Part shown: piece after piece, positions 26,612-35,028 of the stretch
How positions within the stretch are numbered: the stretch's first letter is position 1
Layout: every line of letters begins with the position of its first letter
Assembly: GCA_050049155.1 (NCBI GenBank)
Contig: JASFWR010000001.1
Coordinates: 1-42,176 of the forward strand
Direction of reading: 5' to 3'
DNA length: 42,176 nt
Origin: Planctomycetota bacterium
GTDB taxonomy: Bacteria; Planctomycetota; UBA1135; GCA-002686595
Position numbers and translations under genes: made by a program
The notes under the pieces: model-generated
What the model was told of the DNA's origin: nothing
What the model saw: the letters and a program-made list of their open reading frames with translations, nothing else
The model's database searches: none

Positions 26612-27589
26612 TCAGAAGTCGTAGACGGACTCGATGGCGTCCAGGACGCGGCGGTCGTCGGGAAGGTAGTGGTGCTCGAGCGTGTTGGGGAACGGCGTGT
26701 CGAAGCCGGTCACGCGGCGGACGGGCGCCTCCATGTACTCGATGCAATGTTCCGCGATGAGGGCGCTGATCTCCGCGCCGTACCCGCAGAAACGGGGCGC
26801 CTCGTGGACGACGACGACGCGGCCGGTCTGCTTCGCGGCCTCGAGGACGCCCTCCTCGTCGAGGGGCAGGAGGGTGCGGAGGTCGACCACCAGGCAGTCG
26901 ATGCCCCGCTGCTCGGCCGCCTGGGCGGCCGCGCGCTCCACCACGGGGACCATGGCCCCGTAGCAGTAGACGGTGACGTCCCGCCCCTCGCGCACCGTGC
27001 GGAGGGTCGAGAGGTCGACGGTGTATTCACCCTCGGGGACCTCGCCCTTCACCGAGCGGTAGAGGGCCTTGGGCTCCATGAACAGGACGGGGTCGGGGTC
27101 CTGGATCGAGGAGATCAGCAGGCCCTTGGCGTCGTGGGGCGTGGAGGGGATCACCACCTTCAGGCCCGCGGTGTGCGCGAAGTAGGCCTCGCCCGACTGG
27201 CTGTGGTAGAGGCCGCCCCGGATCCCGCCGCCGTAGGGCGTGCGGATGACCATCGGCGCCGTGTACTGGCCGCCCGAGCGGTAGCGGAGCTTGGCCGCCT
27301 CGCTGACGATCTGGTCGAAGGCGGGGAAGATGAAGTCCTGGAACTGGATCTCCGCCACCGGGCGCAGGCCGTTCATGGCCATGCCGACCGCCGTGCCGAT
27401 GATGCCGTCCTCGGAGAGCGGCGTGTCGAAGCAGCGGCTCGCGCCGAAGTCGGAGGTGAGCCCCTCGGTGGCGAGGAAGACGCCGCCCTTCGGGCCCACG
27501 TCCTCGCCGAAGACGACGATCGAGTCGTCCGCCTTCATCGCGGTGCGGAGGCCGTCGTTGACCGCCTGGATCAGGGTGAGGTTCGCCAT
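26612..27589 (-). CDS. 2-oxoacid dehydrogenase E1 beta subunit
   Basis: GEDVG, DTPLSE, EIQFQDF, YHSQS, DLRTLLP, VVHEA. Confidence 0.96.
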   Translation of the reverse strand: MANLTLIQAVNDGLRTAMKADDSIVVFGEDVGPKGGVFLATEGLTSDFGASRCFDTPLSEDGIIGTAVGMAMNGLRPVAEIQFQDFIFPAFDQIVSEAAKLRYRSGGQYTAPMVIRTPYGGGIRGGLYHSQSGEAYFAHTAGLKVVIPSTPHDAKGLLISSIQDPDPVLFMEPKALYRSVKGEVPEGEYTVDLSTLRTVREGRDVTVYCYGAMVPVVERAAAQAAEQRGIDCLVVDLRTLLPLDEEGVLEAAKQTGRVVVVHEAPRFCGYGAEISALIAEHCIEYMEAPVRRVTGFDTPFPNTLEHHYLPDDRRVLDAIESVYDF

Positions 27590-27656
27590 GGTGGGTTGGG
27601 TGCGGGGCGCGGGTCGCCGGTTGGGGTCGGGCTGCCGGATGGGGACGCGGCCAGGG

Positions 27657-28772
27657 TCAGAGCGGGAACTCGCCGTCGCCGGCGTCGGCCTCGCCGCGGC
27701 GCTGGGAGAGGTCGAACAGGAACTCGCCCTGGGCGCGGATGTGGTCCGGGACCTCGGCGTACACGTCGCTGAAGATGGTCTCGAGGCCGGGGCGGGCGGT
27801 GCCCTCGGCCACCTTCGAGGCGCGGTCGATCTCCTGGAGGGTCTCGGCCCGCATGGCCTCGTCCTGCTCCGGAGTGAGCAGCCCGCGGGCCTCGAGGTAG
27901 CGGCGGAGCCGGTCCACCGGGTCCTTCTGGCGCCACTCCTCCACCAGCTCGGCGGGCACGTACTTGGTGGGGTCGTCCGAGGTCGAGTGGCCGCCCATGC
28001 GGAAGGTGACGGCCTCGATCAGGGTCGGCCCCTCCCCCGCCCGGGCGCGCGCGGCGGCCTCGAGCACCGCCTGCCGGACGGCGAACAGGTCGTTGCCGTC
28101 GACGGTGCAGTGGGGCATCCCGTAGGCCTCGGCCTTGACGGCGTAGCCGTCGCTGGCGGTCTGGTGATCGGACGGGCAGGAGATCGCGTAGCCGTTGTTC
28201 TGGCAGAGGAAGACCACCGGCGCCTTCCACACGGCGGCGAAGTTCATGCCGCTGTGGAAGCCCAGGCTGGAGGTGCCGCCGTCGCCGAAGCTCACGAGGT
28301 GCACCGTGTCCTCACCCCGGAACTTCGACGCGTGCGCCGCCCCCACCGCGTGCGGGAGGTGGGTCCCGATGGGCGAGCTGATGCTGTAGAAGTGGATCGG
28401 CTCGACGAAGGAGAAGTGCACGGGCATCTGGCGGCCCTTCGCGCTGTCCTCGGCGTTGCCGAACATGTTGTGCATCATCTCCACGGCTGGGATGCCGTGG
28501 TACAGGGCCATGCCGAAGTCGCGATAGCTCGGGAAGATCCAGTCCGTCTTCCGGAGCGCGCTCGCCGCCCCCACCTGCGTGGCCTCGATGCCGAGGTTCG
28601 GGATCGAGAAGCCGATCCGCCCGGCCCGCTGGAGCTTGAGGCAGATCTCGTCGAACGACCGCACGAGCAGCATCGTCCGGTAGCAGTGGAGGAGCTCCTC
28701 CTCGGAGAGGTCGGACTCGAATCCCTTCGTCGTGGCGCCGTCGGGCGACATCACGGTGAGCATCTCGGTCAT
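27657..28772 (-). CDS. 2-oxoacid (pyruvate/branched-chain) dehydrogenase E1 alpha subunit, first paralog
   Basis: LQRAGRIGF, PSYRD, KGRQMPVH, FGDGGTS...NNGYAIS, FRMGGHSTSDDPTKY. Confidence 0.95.
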   Translation of the reverse strand: MTEMLTVMSPDGATTKGFESDLSEEELLHCYRTMLLVRSFDEICLKLQRAGRIGFSIPNLGIEATQVGAASALRKTDWIFPSYRDFGMALYHGIPAVEMMHNMFGNAEDSAKGRQMPVHFSFVEPIHFYSISSPIGTHLPHAVGAAHASKFRGEDTVHLVSFGDGGTSSLGFHSGMNFAAVWKAPVVFLCQNNGYAISCPSDHQTASDGYAVKAEAYGMPHCTVDGNDLFAVRQAVLEAAARARAGEGPTLIEAVTFRMGGHSTSDDPTKYVPAELVEEWRQKDPVDRLRRYLEARGLLTPEQDEAMRAETLQEIDRASKVAEGTARPGLETIFSDVYAEVPDHIRAQGEFLFDLSQRRGEADAGDGEFPL

Positions 28773-28798
28773 GGTCAGGCGGAGCAGGAGGCGTGCGG

Positions 28799-29764
28799 TC
28801 AGGAGGTGCGGCGCCGGCGGGCGTTCACGAGGCGCGCGGCGAAGTACTCCCCGGCCTTGTAGCTGGAGCGCACGAGCGGGCCGGAGGCCACGTACAGGAA
28901 GCCCATGGCCCGCGCCTCCACCTCGAGCTCCTTGAAGCGCTCGGGGGTGACGTAGTCGCGCACCGGGGCGTGGTTGGGCGAGGGGCGCAGGTACTGCCCG
29001 AGGGTTAGGAAGTCGACGCCCGCCTCCCGCAGCAGGCCGATGGCCTCCTCGAGCTCGGCGTGGGACTCCCCCAGGCCCACCATGAGGGAGGACTTGGTGA
29101 AGACGTCGGGGTCGTGCTCCTTGGCCTGGCGGAGCACGTCGAGGGAGCGCTCGTAGCTGCAGCGGGGGTCGCGGATCTTGCGCTGGAGCCGCGGCACCAC
29201 CTCCACGTTGTGGGCGAGGACGTCGGGGCGGGACGCCATGAGCGTGCCGAGCTGGGCGTCCACGTAGTCCGGGATGAGGACCTCCACGACCGTCCGTGCG
29301 GCGTGGGAGCGGATGGAGCGCACGCAGTCCGCGTAGTGGCCCGCGCCGCCGTCGGCCAGGTCGTCCCGGTCGACGCTCGTGACCACCACGTAGTCGAGGT
29401 CCATCTCACCGATGGCCCGCCCCACGTGCTCCGGCTCGTCCGGGTCCGGGGGCGCCGCACGGTCGACCGTCTTCACGGCGCAGAACCGGCAGCGGCGGGT
29501 GCACTCGTCCCCGAGCACCATGATGGTCATGGTCGCGTGGTCCCCCTTCCAGCACTCGCCGATGTTGGGGCAGCGCGCCTCCTCGCAGACCGTGTTGAGC
29601 TTCAGGTCCCGGGTCAGGCTCTTGAGCTTGCGGTAGCCCTCCCCGCCGGGCAGGGGCACCTTGAGCCAGGGCGGCTTCGGGGCCCTCCGGGGCGCCTCGG
29701 CGGCCGCTCCGGACGGCGCGGAGGCCGCTTCCGGGCCGTTGGATCTGGGTTCGAGGGACGTCAT
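28799..29764 (-). CDS. lipA: Lipoyl synthase
   Basis: CEEARCPNIGEC (CX4CX5C), radical-SAM CTRRCRFC, TSVDRDDL, GQYLRP and RSSY. Start ATG 29764. Confidence 0.97.
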   Translation of the reverse strand: MTSLEPRSNGPEAASAPSGAAAEAPRRAPKPPWLKVPLPGGEGYRKLKSLTRDLKLNTVCEEARCPNIGECWKGDHATMTIMVLGDECTRRCRFCAVKTVDRAAPPDPDEPEHVGRAIGEMDLDYVVVTSVDRDDLADGGAGHYADCVRSIRSHAARTVVEVLIPDYVDAQLGTLMASRPDVLAHNVEVVPRLQRKIRDPRCSYERSLDVLRQAKEHDPDVFTKSSLMVGLGESHAELEEAIGLLREAGVDFLTLGQYLRPSPNHAPVRDYVTPERFKELEVEARAMGFLYVASGPLVRSSYKAGEYFAARLVNARRRRTS

Positions 29765-29825
29765 TCGGGCGCCGAATTGGGCGCAAGAGGATAGCAGATC
29801 GGGACGCCTCACGCCGTCCTCCGCC

Positions 29826-29863
29826 CCCCTCTCTGGGGCCCCTCTCTGGGCCCCTCTCTGGGG
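29826..29863. repeat. Three tandem copies of CCCCTCTCTGGG(G) upstream of lipA
   Basis: cccctctctgggg-cccctctctggg-cccctctctgggg read directly in the intergenic gap. Confidence 0.8.
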
Positions 29864-29974
29864 CGCGCCCGGGCCGGATCGCGCGCCGGGGCGCGTCAGG
29901 GCGACGCGGCGGGCTCCCGGGCCCTCGCGGGCGCTCCCCTCCCCAGCCCGGCGGGGCGGGGCGGCGGCGCCGCC

Positions 29975-32900
29975 TCAGCGCGCGCCGCGGCGCCCGAGGA
30001 GGGTCCAGACCACCGGGGAGACCTCGTCCTCGTCCACGCGGCCGCTGCCGTCCAGGTCCCAGCGGGTCAGGAAGTCGTCGGGGGAGGACTCCACGCCCCA
30101 CCGCAGGAGGACCCCCTCGGCCCGCTCCAGCTCGTCCGCCTCCACGATGGAGGAGCGGTCCACGTCCAGCTGCGCGAAGAGCATCGGACGCCGCCGGAGC
30201 TCCCGCTTCGTCAGCTGCCCGTCCCCGTTGGCGTCCAGGCCCGCGCAGATGGACTCCACCGTGGCCGCCGGGGGCAGGTCCAGCCTGGGGCCCCGGCGCC
30301 GGGTGGGCCACTCCACGTCCCGGGGCACCTCGTCCCGGGCCCTGCGGCCCGCGAAGCGCGTCGGATCCAGCTGGCAGGCGCCGTCCCCGTCCGGGTCCAG
30401 GAGCACCCAGTCCTCGTCGCGGAGGGAGAACTCACGGGGCCCGATGGTCCCGCCGCCCGAGCGGTCCAGGGCCTCGAAGCGCTCGAGCCCGGCGCGGTCG
30501 CCGAAGCGCAGCTCCCGCAGGGGGCCGGGGTGGCGAGAGAGCTCGTGCAGGTCGAGGCGGCGGTCCCCGTCGAGGTCGAGGGCGGCGAAGACGGCCCGCT
30601 CCATCTCCTTCCGCTCGAGCCGCCCGTCCTTCTTCTTCTCGAACTCGAAGGGGTCGATGCCGTCCAGCAGGCGCGCGAGGTCCCCGTCCGGGCGGACGCG
30701 CTCCTCCGGCGCCGTGATCGGGTCGGTCTCCAGCACGACCGTGCGGCCGTACTGCTCCGCCGCGCGGGCGAGCTCGGCGAGGGTCACCCGCCCGTCCCCG
30801 TCCAGGTCGTTGCGCTCCCCGCCGACCGCCGCGATCTCGTCCCCCACGAGCAGGCCGCTGCCGTCCCCGTCCGCGTGAGCGAACATCCGCCGCGCGGAGG
30901 CGGCCGCCGCGATGGACTCCTGGGCGTAGGGCCCGAGGGTCCCGAGGGTGTCCCCCTCCACGGCCAGGAGCCGCCCGATCTCCTCGCGCATCAGCCAGCG
31001 CGACCGCGGGTGGCTCACGTCCTTCAGCGGCCGCCCGTCCTCGTCGAGCATCTTGTCCAGGGGGAAGCGTTCGGCCCGCAGCACGTAGCCCTCCCGGAGC
31101 CCCGAGAGCGGCCCCAGCGCGACCGGCTCCGCGCTGTTGGTCATGTCGTTCACCAGGACGCCGTCCTCCCCGGGGACGAAGGCGAACTTGCGCAGGAAGG
31201 GCGGCGTGTACCACTCCCCCACCTCGACGAGCTCCGAGGAGCCGCCGGTGGGCGTGCGCGAGACCTGCTCCTGCATCGTGGGGTCCGTGACGTCCACGGT
31301 CCGGATGAAGGAGTCCTGCTGGCCGTTGTTCTGGGTGCGCTCCTCCACGAAGTACATGTAGTCCCGCTCGCGCGTCCGGTCCCCGCCCTGGGGGGAGGCG
31401 AGGTCCACGTGGCTGCGCAGGACGACGCTGTGGTAGGCGGCGTTCCGTGGCCGGCTCTCCGCGTCCCCGGGTCGGCGGCGCTCGGACTCGATGAGCTCCA
31501 TGTGCGCGGGCTCGGTCGCGTCCACGAGGATCGGTCCCGCCTCCTCGTCGCAGACCGCCACCAGCCGCCGCGGCCGGGTGCGCTCCCTGGAGGGCGCGCC
31601 GTCCTCGTCCACGGTGGGCCGGCTGTACTGGAACATCACGTCCAGGTCCACGGCCCCCGCGCCGCCCCCGTCCAGGGCGAGCCCGCCGATCACCCGCGGC
31701 TTCACGGGCAGGCGCACGTCCACCACGATCAGGCCCCCCGGCCCGTCCGCCACGTAGGCGTAGGGCCAGCGGATCTCGATGTCGTGGGCGTCGATGGTCG
31801 GGAGGGAGGCCACGAGGTCCAGCTCGTCGGGCTCGCTCACGTCGAAGACCTTGACGCCGCCGACGCCGTCGGCCACCCAGAGGTGCGACCCGGCCAGGGC
31901 CATGCCGCGCGGCGACACGGTCATGTGGAAGTCCGTCCGGCGCGGCGCCCGCGGGTCGCGGACGTCCAGGGCGTGGATCCCGCGCTTGCCCTCCGAGACG
32001 TACACGTGGTGCACGTGCCCGTGGAGCGGGTCGGTGGCCAGCTCGAGGTCCACGATGTCGGGGAGCACGAAGCGCCCCAGGGGCGCGCTCAGCTGGGGGT
32101 TCTCGCGGTCGAAGCCCACGATCTCCACGCCGCGGCGGTCCGCCGCGACCACCACCTGCCGGCCGAGCTGGAAGTTGCCGGACCCCATGCCCCAGGTCTC
32201 GGACGCCCGGTGGCACTCCGCGCACGCGCGCGCCGTCGGACGCGTGGAGTGCAGCTGGTGGTGGATCATCGTCAGCCCCGAGAGCCCGTTGGCGGTGACC
32301 GGGAACTCCTGGTCGAGGACCCGCTTCCCGTCCGCGTCGTCGACGGTGCCCATGGTGGAGAAGCCCGTCAGGTAGGGCGCCACCCGGCCCCGCTCGTCGA
32401 GGCCGGCGTAGAAGCTCTTCCAGGTCGTGAAGACCTTCTCCTGCGTGGTCACTCGCCCGGGCGTCCGCTGCCCGGAGATCAGGTCCAGCTGGGACAGGGC
32501 CTCGTTGCGGTAGAAGTGGAAGCCGAGGAAGTTCACGTTCCAGCCGCCGTGGCACGTGTAGCACGCCACGTTGCCGTGCTCCGCCGTCATGGCGAGCTGG
32601 GCCTCGGGGTTGAAGTCCTCGTGCCCGATGTCGACCACGTCCACGACCTGCTTGATGCGGTGCTCGGCCCCGGTGACCTTGCTCCGCATCCACACCTGAC
32701 CGTCGCGCTCGAAGAGGTGCTTGAGGCGCGTCCCGCGCTCGGTCCTCATGGTCGCGCGCTCCTCCAGGGAGCCGTGGCAGGCCTCGCAGGAGATCTCGGT
32801 GGCCTCCTCCATCTTCGAGACCATGCGCCCGTCCCCCATCACCCCCTCGAGGGTGTGGCAGTCCACGCAGTGCATGCCCGAGGCGTGGTGCACGTCGGGC

Positions 32901-33883
32901 GGGGTGACGGCCGGGTCGTTCACGAAGAACGCGCGGTGCAGCAGGCTGTCGGTGGTGCCCGGGATCTCCGGCCCCCCCGGGGCCCCGGGGGGCAGCTGGG
33001 ACAGCCCCCGGAAGTGAAGCCCGATCGAGGCGTCCCCGTAGTGGCACGTGGTGCACGTCTCCGTGGGCGGCGCGGCCAGCATGGAGTGGGTGCGCGGGTG
33101 CCCGGGCTCGACCCGCTTCGCCGTCCGGTCGGCCGACTCGCTGAGCCCGTCCTGGCGGTACGGGACGTGGCACGCGGCGCAGCCCGCGCCCCGGTACTCC
33201 CCGTCGAAGCCGACGCGGCCGCGGACGGCTCGCCCCTGGGACCAGGGGTGGCACTGCATGCACTCCTTGCGGATGAGGTCGGGGAAGTGGGAGGCGAGCT
33301 CGCTCGACTCGTCCGCCGGGTCGAAGCGCGGCGGCTGGACCAGCCGCTCCACCGTGTTGCCCTCGACGCCGCGGGACGCGGACACCGGGAAGACGGAGTA
33401 GCGCGAGTCCTTGTCGTCCTGCAGCCCGTTCTCGAAGAAGCCGTCGGACAGGTGCGCCGCCGTGGTCCCGTGCAGCGAGACCATCAGGTGGTCGACGAGC
33501 TCCCCGTGGCAGTCCCCGCAGACGCGCTCCGCCACCCGGAGGTCCATCGGGTTCACGAACCGCAGGTAGGCGAGGTCGTGGTTCTCGGGCAGGACGCGCT
33601 CGTTGGTCTGGACCGGCGCCGAGGGCTGGACGTGGGCGCGCACCTTCTCCCGCGCCTGGCCGTCCCCGCCGTGGCACTCCACGCAGGACAGGGGGAACCC
33701 CGGGTGCATGTCCTCGATGCCCTCGTGGCACGCCATGCAGCCCTCGGAGTCCGCCGACGGCGGGGCCGTGACGACCACGTTCCGGCCCGCGGGCGCGGGC
33801 GCCGCGAGGTCGACCGAGGCGAACGCTCCCCCCACGACGGAGACGAGGAGCGCGGCGATCGGGGCCGCCGCCCGGGGGCGCAT
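29975..33883 (-). CDS. Secreted decaheme c-type cytochrome fused to LVIVD beta-propeller repeats and a multi-EF-hand tail
   Basis: Start ATG 33883 with a signal peptide. Ten CxxCH motifs (CMACH, CVECH, CGDCH, CMQCH, CAACH, CTTCH, CVDCH, CEACH, CYTCH, CAECH); LVIVD-like repeats such as YAYVADGPGGLIVVDVRLP; EF-hand loops DGDGSG, DLDGDG, DLDGDR, DRSGGG, DPDGDG, DANGDG, DVDRSS, DLDGSG. Confidence 0.9.
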   Translation of the reverse strand: MRPRAAAPIAALLVSVVGGAFASVDLAAPAPAGRNVVVTAPPSADSEGCMACHEGIEDMHPGFPLSCVECHGGDGQAREKVRAHVQPSAPVQTNERVLPENHDLAYLRFVNPMDLRVAERVCGDCHGELVDHLMVSLHGTTAAHLSDGFFENGLQDDKDSRYSVFPVSASRGVEGNTVERLVQPPRFDPADESSELASHFPDLIRKECMQCHPWSQGRAVRGRVGFDGEYRGAGCAACHVPYRQDGLSESADRTAKRVEPGHPRTHSMLAAPPTETCTTCHYGDASIGLHFRGLSQLPPGAPGGPEIPGTTDSLLHRAFFVNDPAVTPPDVHHASGMHCVDCHTLEGVMGDGRMVSKMEEATEISCEACHGSLEERATMRTERGTRLKHLFERDGQVWMRSKVTGAEHRIKQVVDVVDIGHEDFNPEAQLAMTAEHGNVACYTCHGGWNVNFLGFHFYRNEALSQLDLISGQRTPGRVTTQEKVFTTWKSFYAGLDERGRVAPYLTGFSTMGTVDDADGKRVLDQEFPVTANGLSGLTMIHHQLHSTRPTARACAECHRASETWGMGSGNFQLGRQVVVAADRRGVEIVGFDRENPQLSAPLGRFVLPDIVDLELATDPLHGHVHHVYVSEGKRGIHALDVRDPRAPRRTDFHMTVSPRGMALAGSHLWVADGVGGVKVFDVSEPDELDLVASLPTIDAHDIEIRWPYAYVADGPGGLIVVDVRLPVKPRVIGGLALDGGGAGAVDLDVMFQYSRPTVDEDGAPSRERTRPRRLVAVCDEEAGPILVDATEPAHMELIESERRRPGDAESRPRNAAYHSVVLRSHVDLASPQGGDRTRERDYMYFVEERTQNNGQQDSFIRTVDVTDPTMQEQVSRTPTGGSSELVEVGEWYTPPFLRKFAFVPGEDGVLVNDMTNSAEPVALGPLSGLREGYVLRAERFPLDKMLDEDGRPLKDVSHPRSRWLMREEIGRLLAVEGDTLGTLGPYAQESIAAAASARRMFAHADGDGSGLLVGDEIAAVGGERNDLDGDGRVTLAELARAAEQYGRTVVLETDPITAPEERVRPDGDLARLLDGIDPFEFEKKKDGRLERKEMERAVFAALDLDGDRRLDLHELSRHPGPLRELRFGDRAGLERFEALDRSGGGTIGPREFSLRDEDWVLLDPDGDGACQLDPTRFAGRRARDEVPRDVEWPTRRRGPRLDLPPAATVESICAGLDANGDGQLTKRELRRRPMLFAQLDVDRSSIVEADELERAEGVLLRWGVESSPDDFLTRWDLDGSGRVDEDEVSPVVWTLLGRRGAR

Positions 33884-35028
33884 CAGGCGTAGATCTCCCG
33901 CAGGACGGAGCCCTTGGCGTGGCGGGGGTCGGCCCCGAACAGGTCGGCGAGGGTGGGCATCATGTCGATGGTCCGCCGGTCGTCCTTGACCACCTTCCCG
34001 CGCTTGAAGTCCGGGCCCCACGCCACCCCGTGCACGAAGCGGAGGTCGTCCGACCCGTCCCCGTGGTCCAGGCCGCGCCGGGAGTTGAGGTCGGCGTCCC
34101 GCCCGAACTCGGGGAGCACCACGACCGCCGTGGAGTCACGCAGGGACTCGTCGCCGCGGATCGCCGCCACGAGCTCCCCGATGGCCGCGTCGTTGCGGCG
34201 GATGACCTCGGTGTAGCCGTTGAACGAACCGTGAGCGATGTCCGCCTGCTGGAGGACCACCCCGATGAGCCGCGGGCGGAACACGGAGAGCAGGTTCCTC
34301 GCCAGCTGGATCGCCTTCGCGTCGCCAGCGCCGGCGCCGGTCATGCCGGTGACCCCGCGGCCGAGCTCGTCGAGGATGTACTTCTCCACGCGGGCCCGGG
34401 AGCTCTCCATGGCGGACGGGGGCGCACCCCCGCGCAGCACCCGGCGCAGCTCACCCACCCGGTCCGCGTCGCCGCCGGTGAACGGCCGCGGCGTGCCGAG
34501 CTGGGCCACGATGCCCTTGAACTCCTCGTTGAAGATCCCGTCCCCGTCCAGGGTCGTCGCGCCGTACTTCTGGCCGTAGTCGGGGTGCAGCCCGTAGGCG
34601 TAGTTGACCTGCTGGGCCCCGCCGGAGGTCGTGACCCATACGTCGCTCGCCGCGAGCCCGAGGTCCTTGCGGACGTACTCGAACAGGGTCGGGTCCGGCG
34701 CCCGGCTGTTGTCCCGGATCCCCCGGGCCTCGGAGATCCCCGTCACGATCGACATGGACGCGCCGAAGTGGCCGAGGTTGGCCGTCCGCAGGCGGGTGAA
34801 GAGGACCCCCTCGTCCGCCAGCTGGACCAGGTTCGGGACCTGGTTCGGCGAGCCGAACGTCTCACGGCTCCGGACGCCCCCGGCCATGATCACCAGCACC
34901 ACGTGCTTGGTCTTGTACCCGGGCCGGATGGGCCCGATGGCCGCGGCCAGCGGGGCGGACAGCCCGAGGGCGCCGACGCCGGCGGCCGAGCGGAGGAGGT
35001 CGCGTCGGGAGGGTTGGAAGGGGTTCAT
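33883..35028 (-). CDS. Tat-exported DUF1501-like protein (alkaline phosphatase/sulfatase-like fold)
   Basis: Twin-arginine SRRDLL signal; KHVVLVIMAGGVRSRET, DIAH, and TAVVVLPEFGRD...DHG (EFGR/DH is typical of DUF1501). Its stop overlaps the cytochrome start (TGATG). Confidence 0.7.
   Translation of the reverse strand: MNPFQPSRRDLLRSAAGVGALGLSAPLAAAIGPIRPGYKTKHVVLVIMAGGVRSRETFGSPNQVPNLVQLADEGVLFTRLRTANLGHFGASMSIVTGISEARGIRDNSRAPDPTLFEYVRKDLGLAASDVWVTTSGGAQQVNYAYGLHPDYGQKYGATTLDGDGIFNEEFKGIVAQLGTPRPFTGGDADRVGELRRVLRGGAPPSAMESSRARVEKYILDELGRGVTGMTGAGAGDAKAIQLARNLLSVFRPRLIGVVLQQADIAHGSFNGYTEVIRRNDAAIGELVAAIRGDESLRDSTAVVVLPEFGRDADLNSRRGLDHGDGSDDLRFVHGVAWGPDFKRGKVVKDDRRTIDMMPTLADLFGADPRHAKGSVLREIYA

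Noticed and set aside
29826-29863. CRISPR-like array
   Set aside because: Units are 12-13 bp with no spacers, and there are no cas genes.
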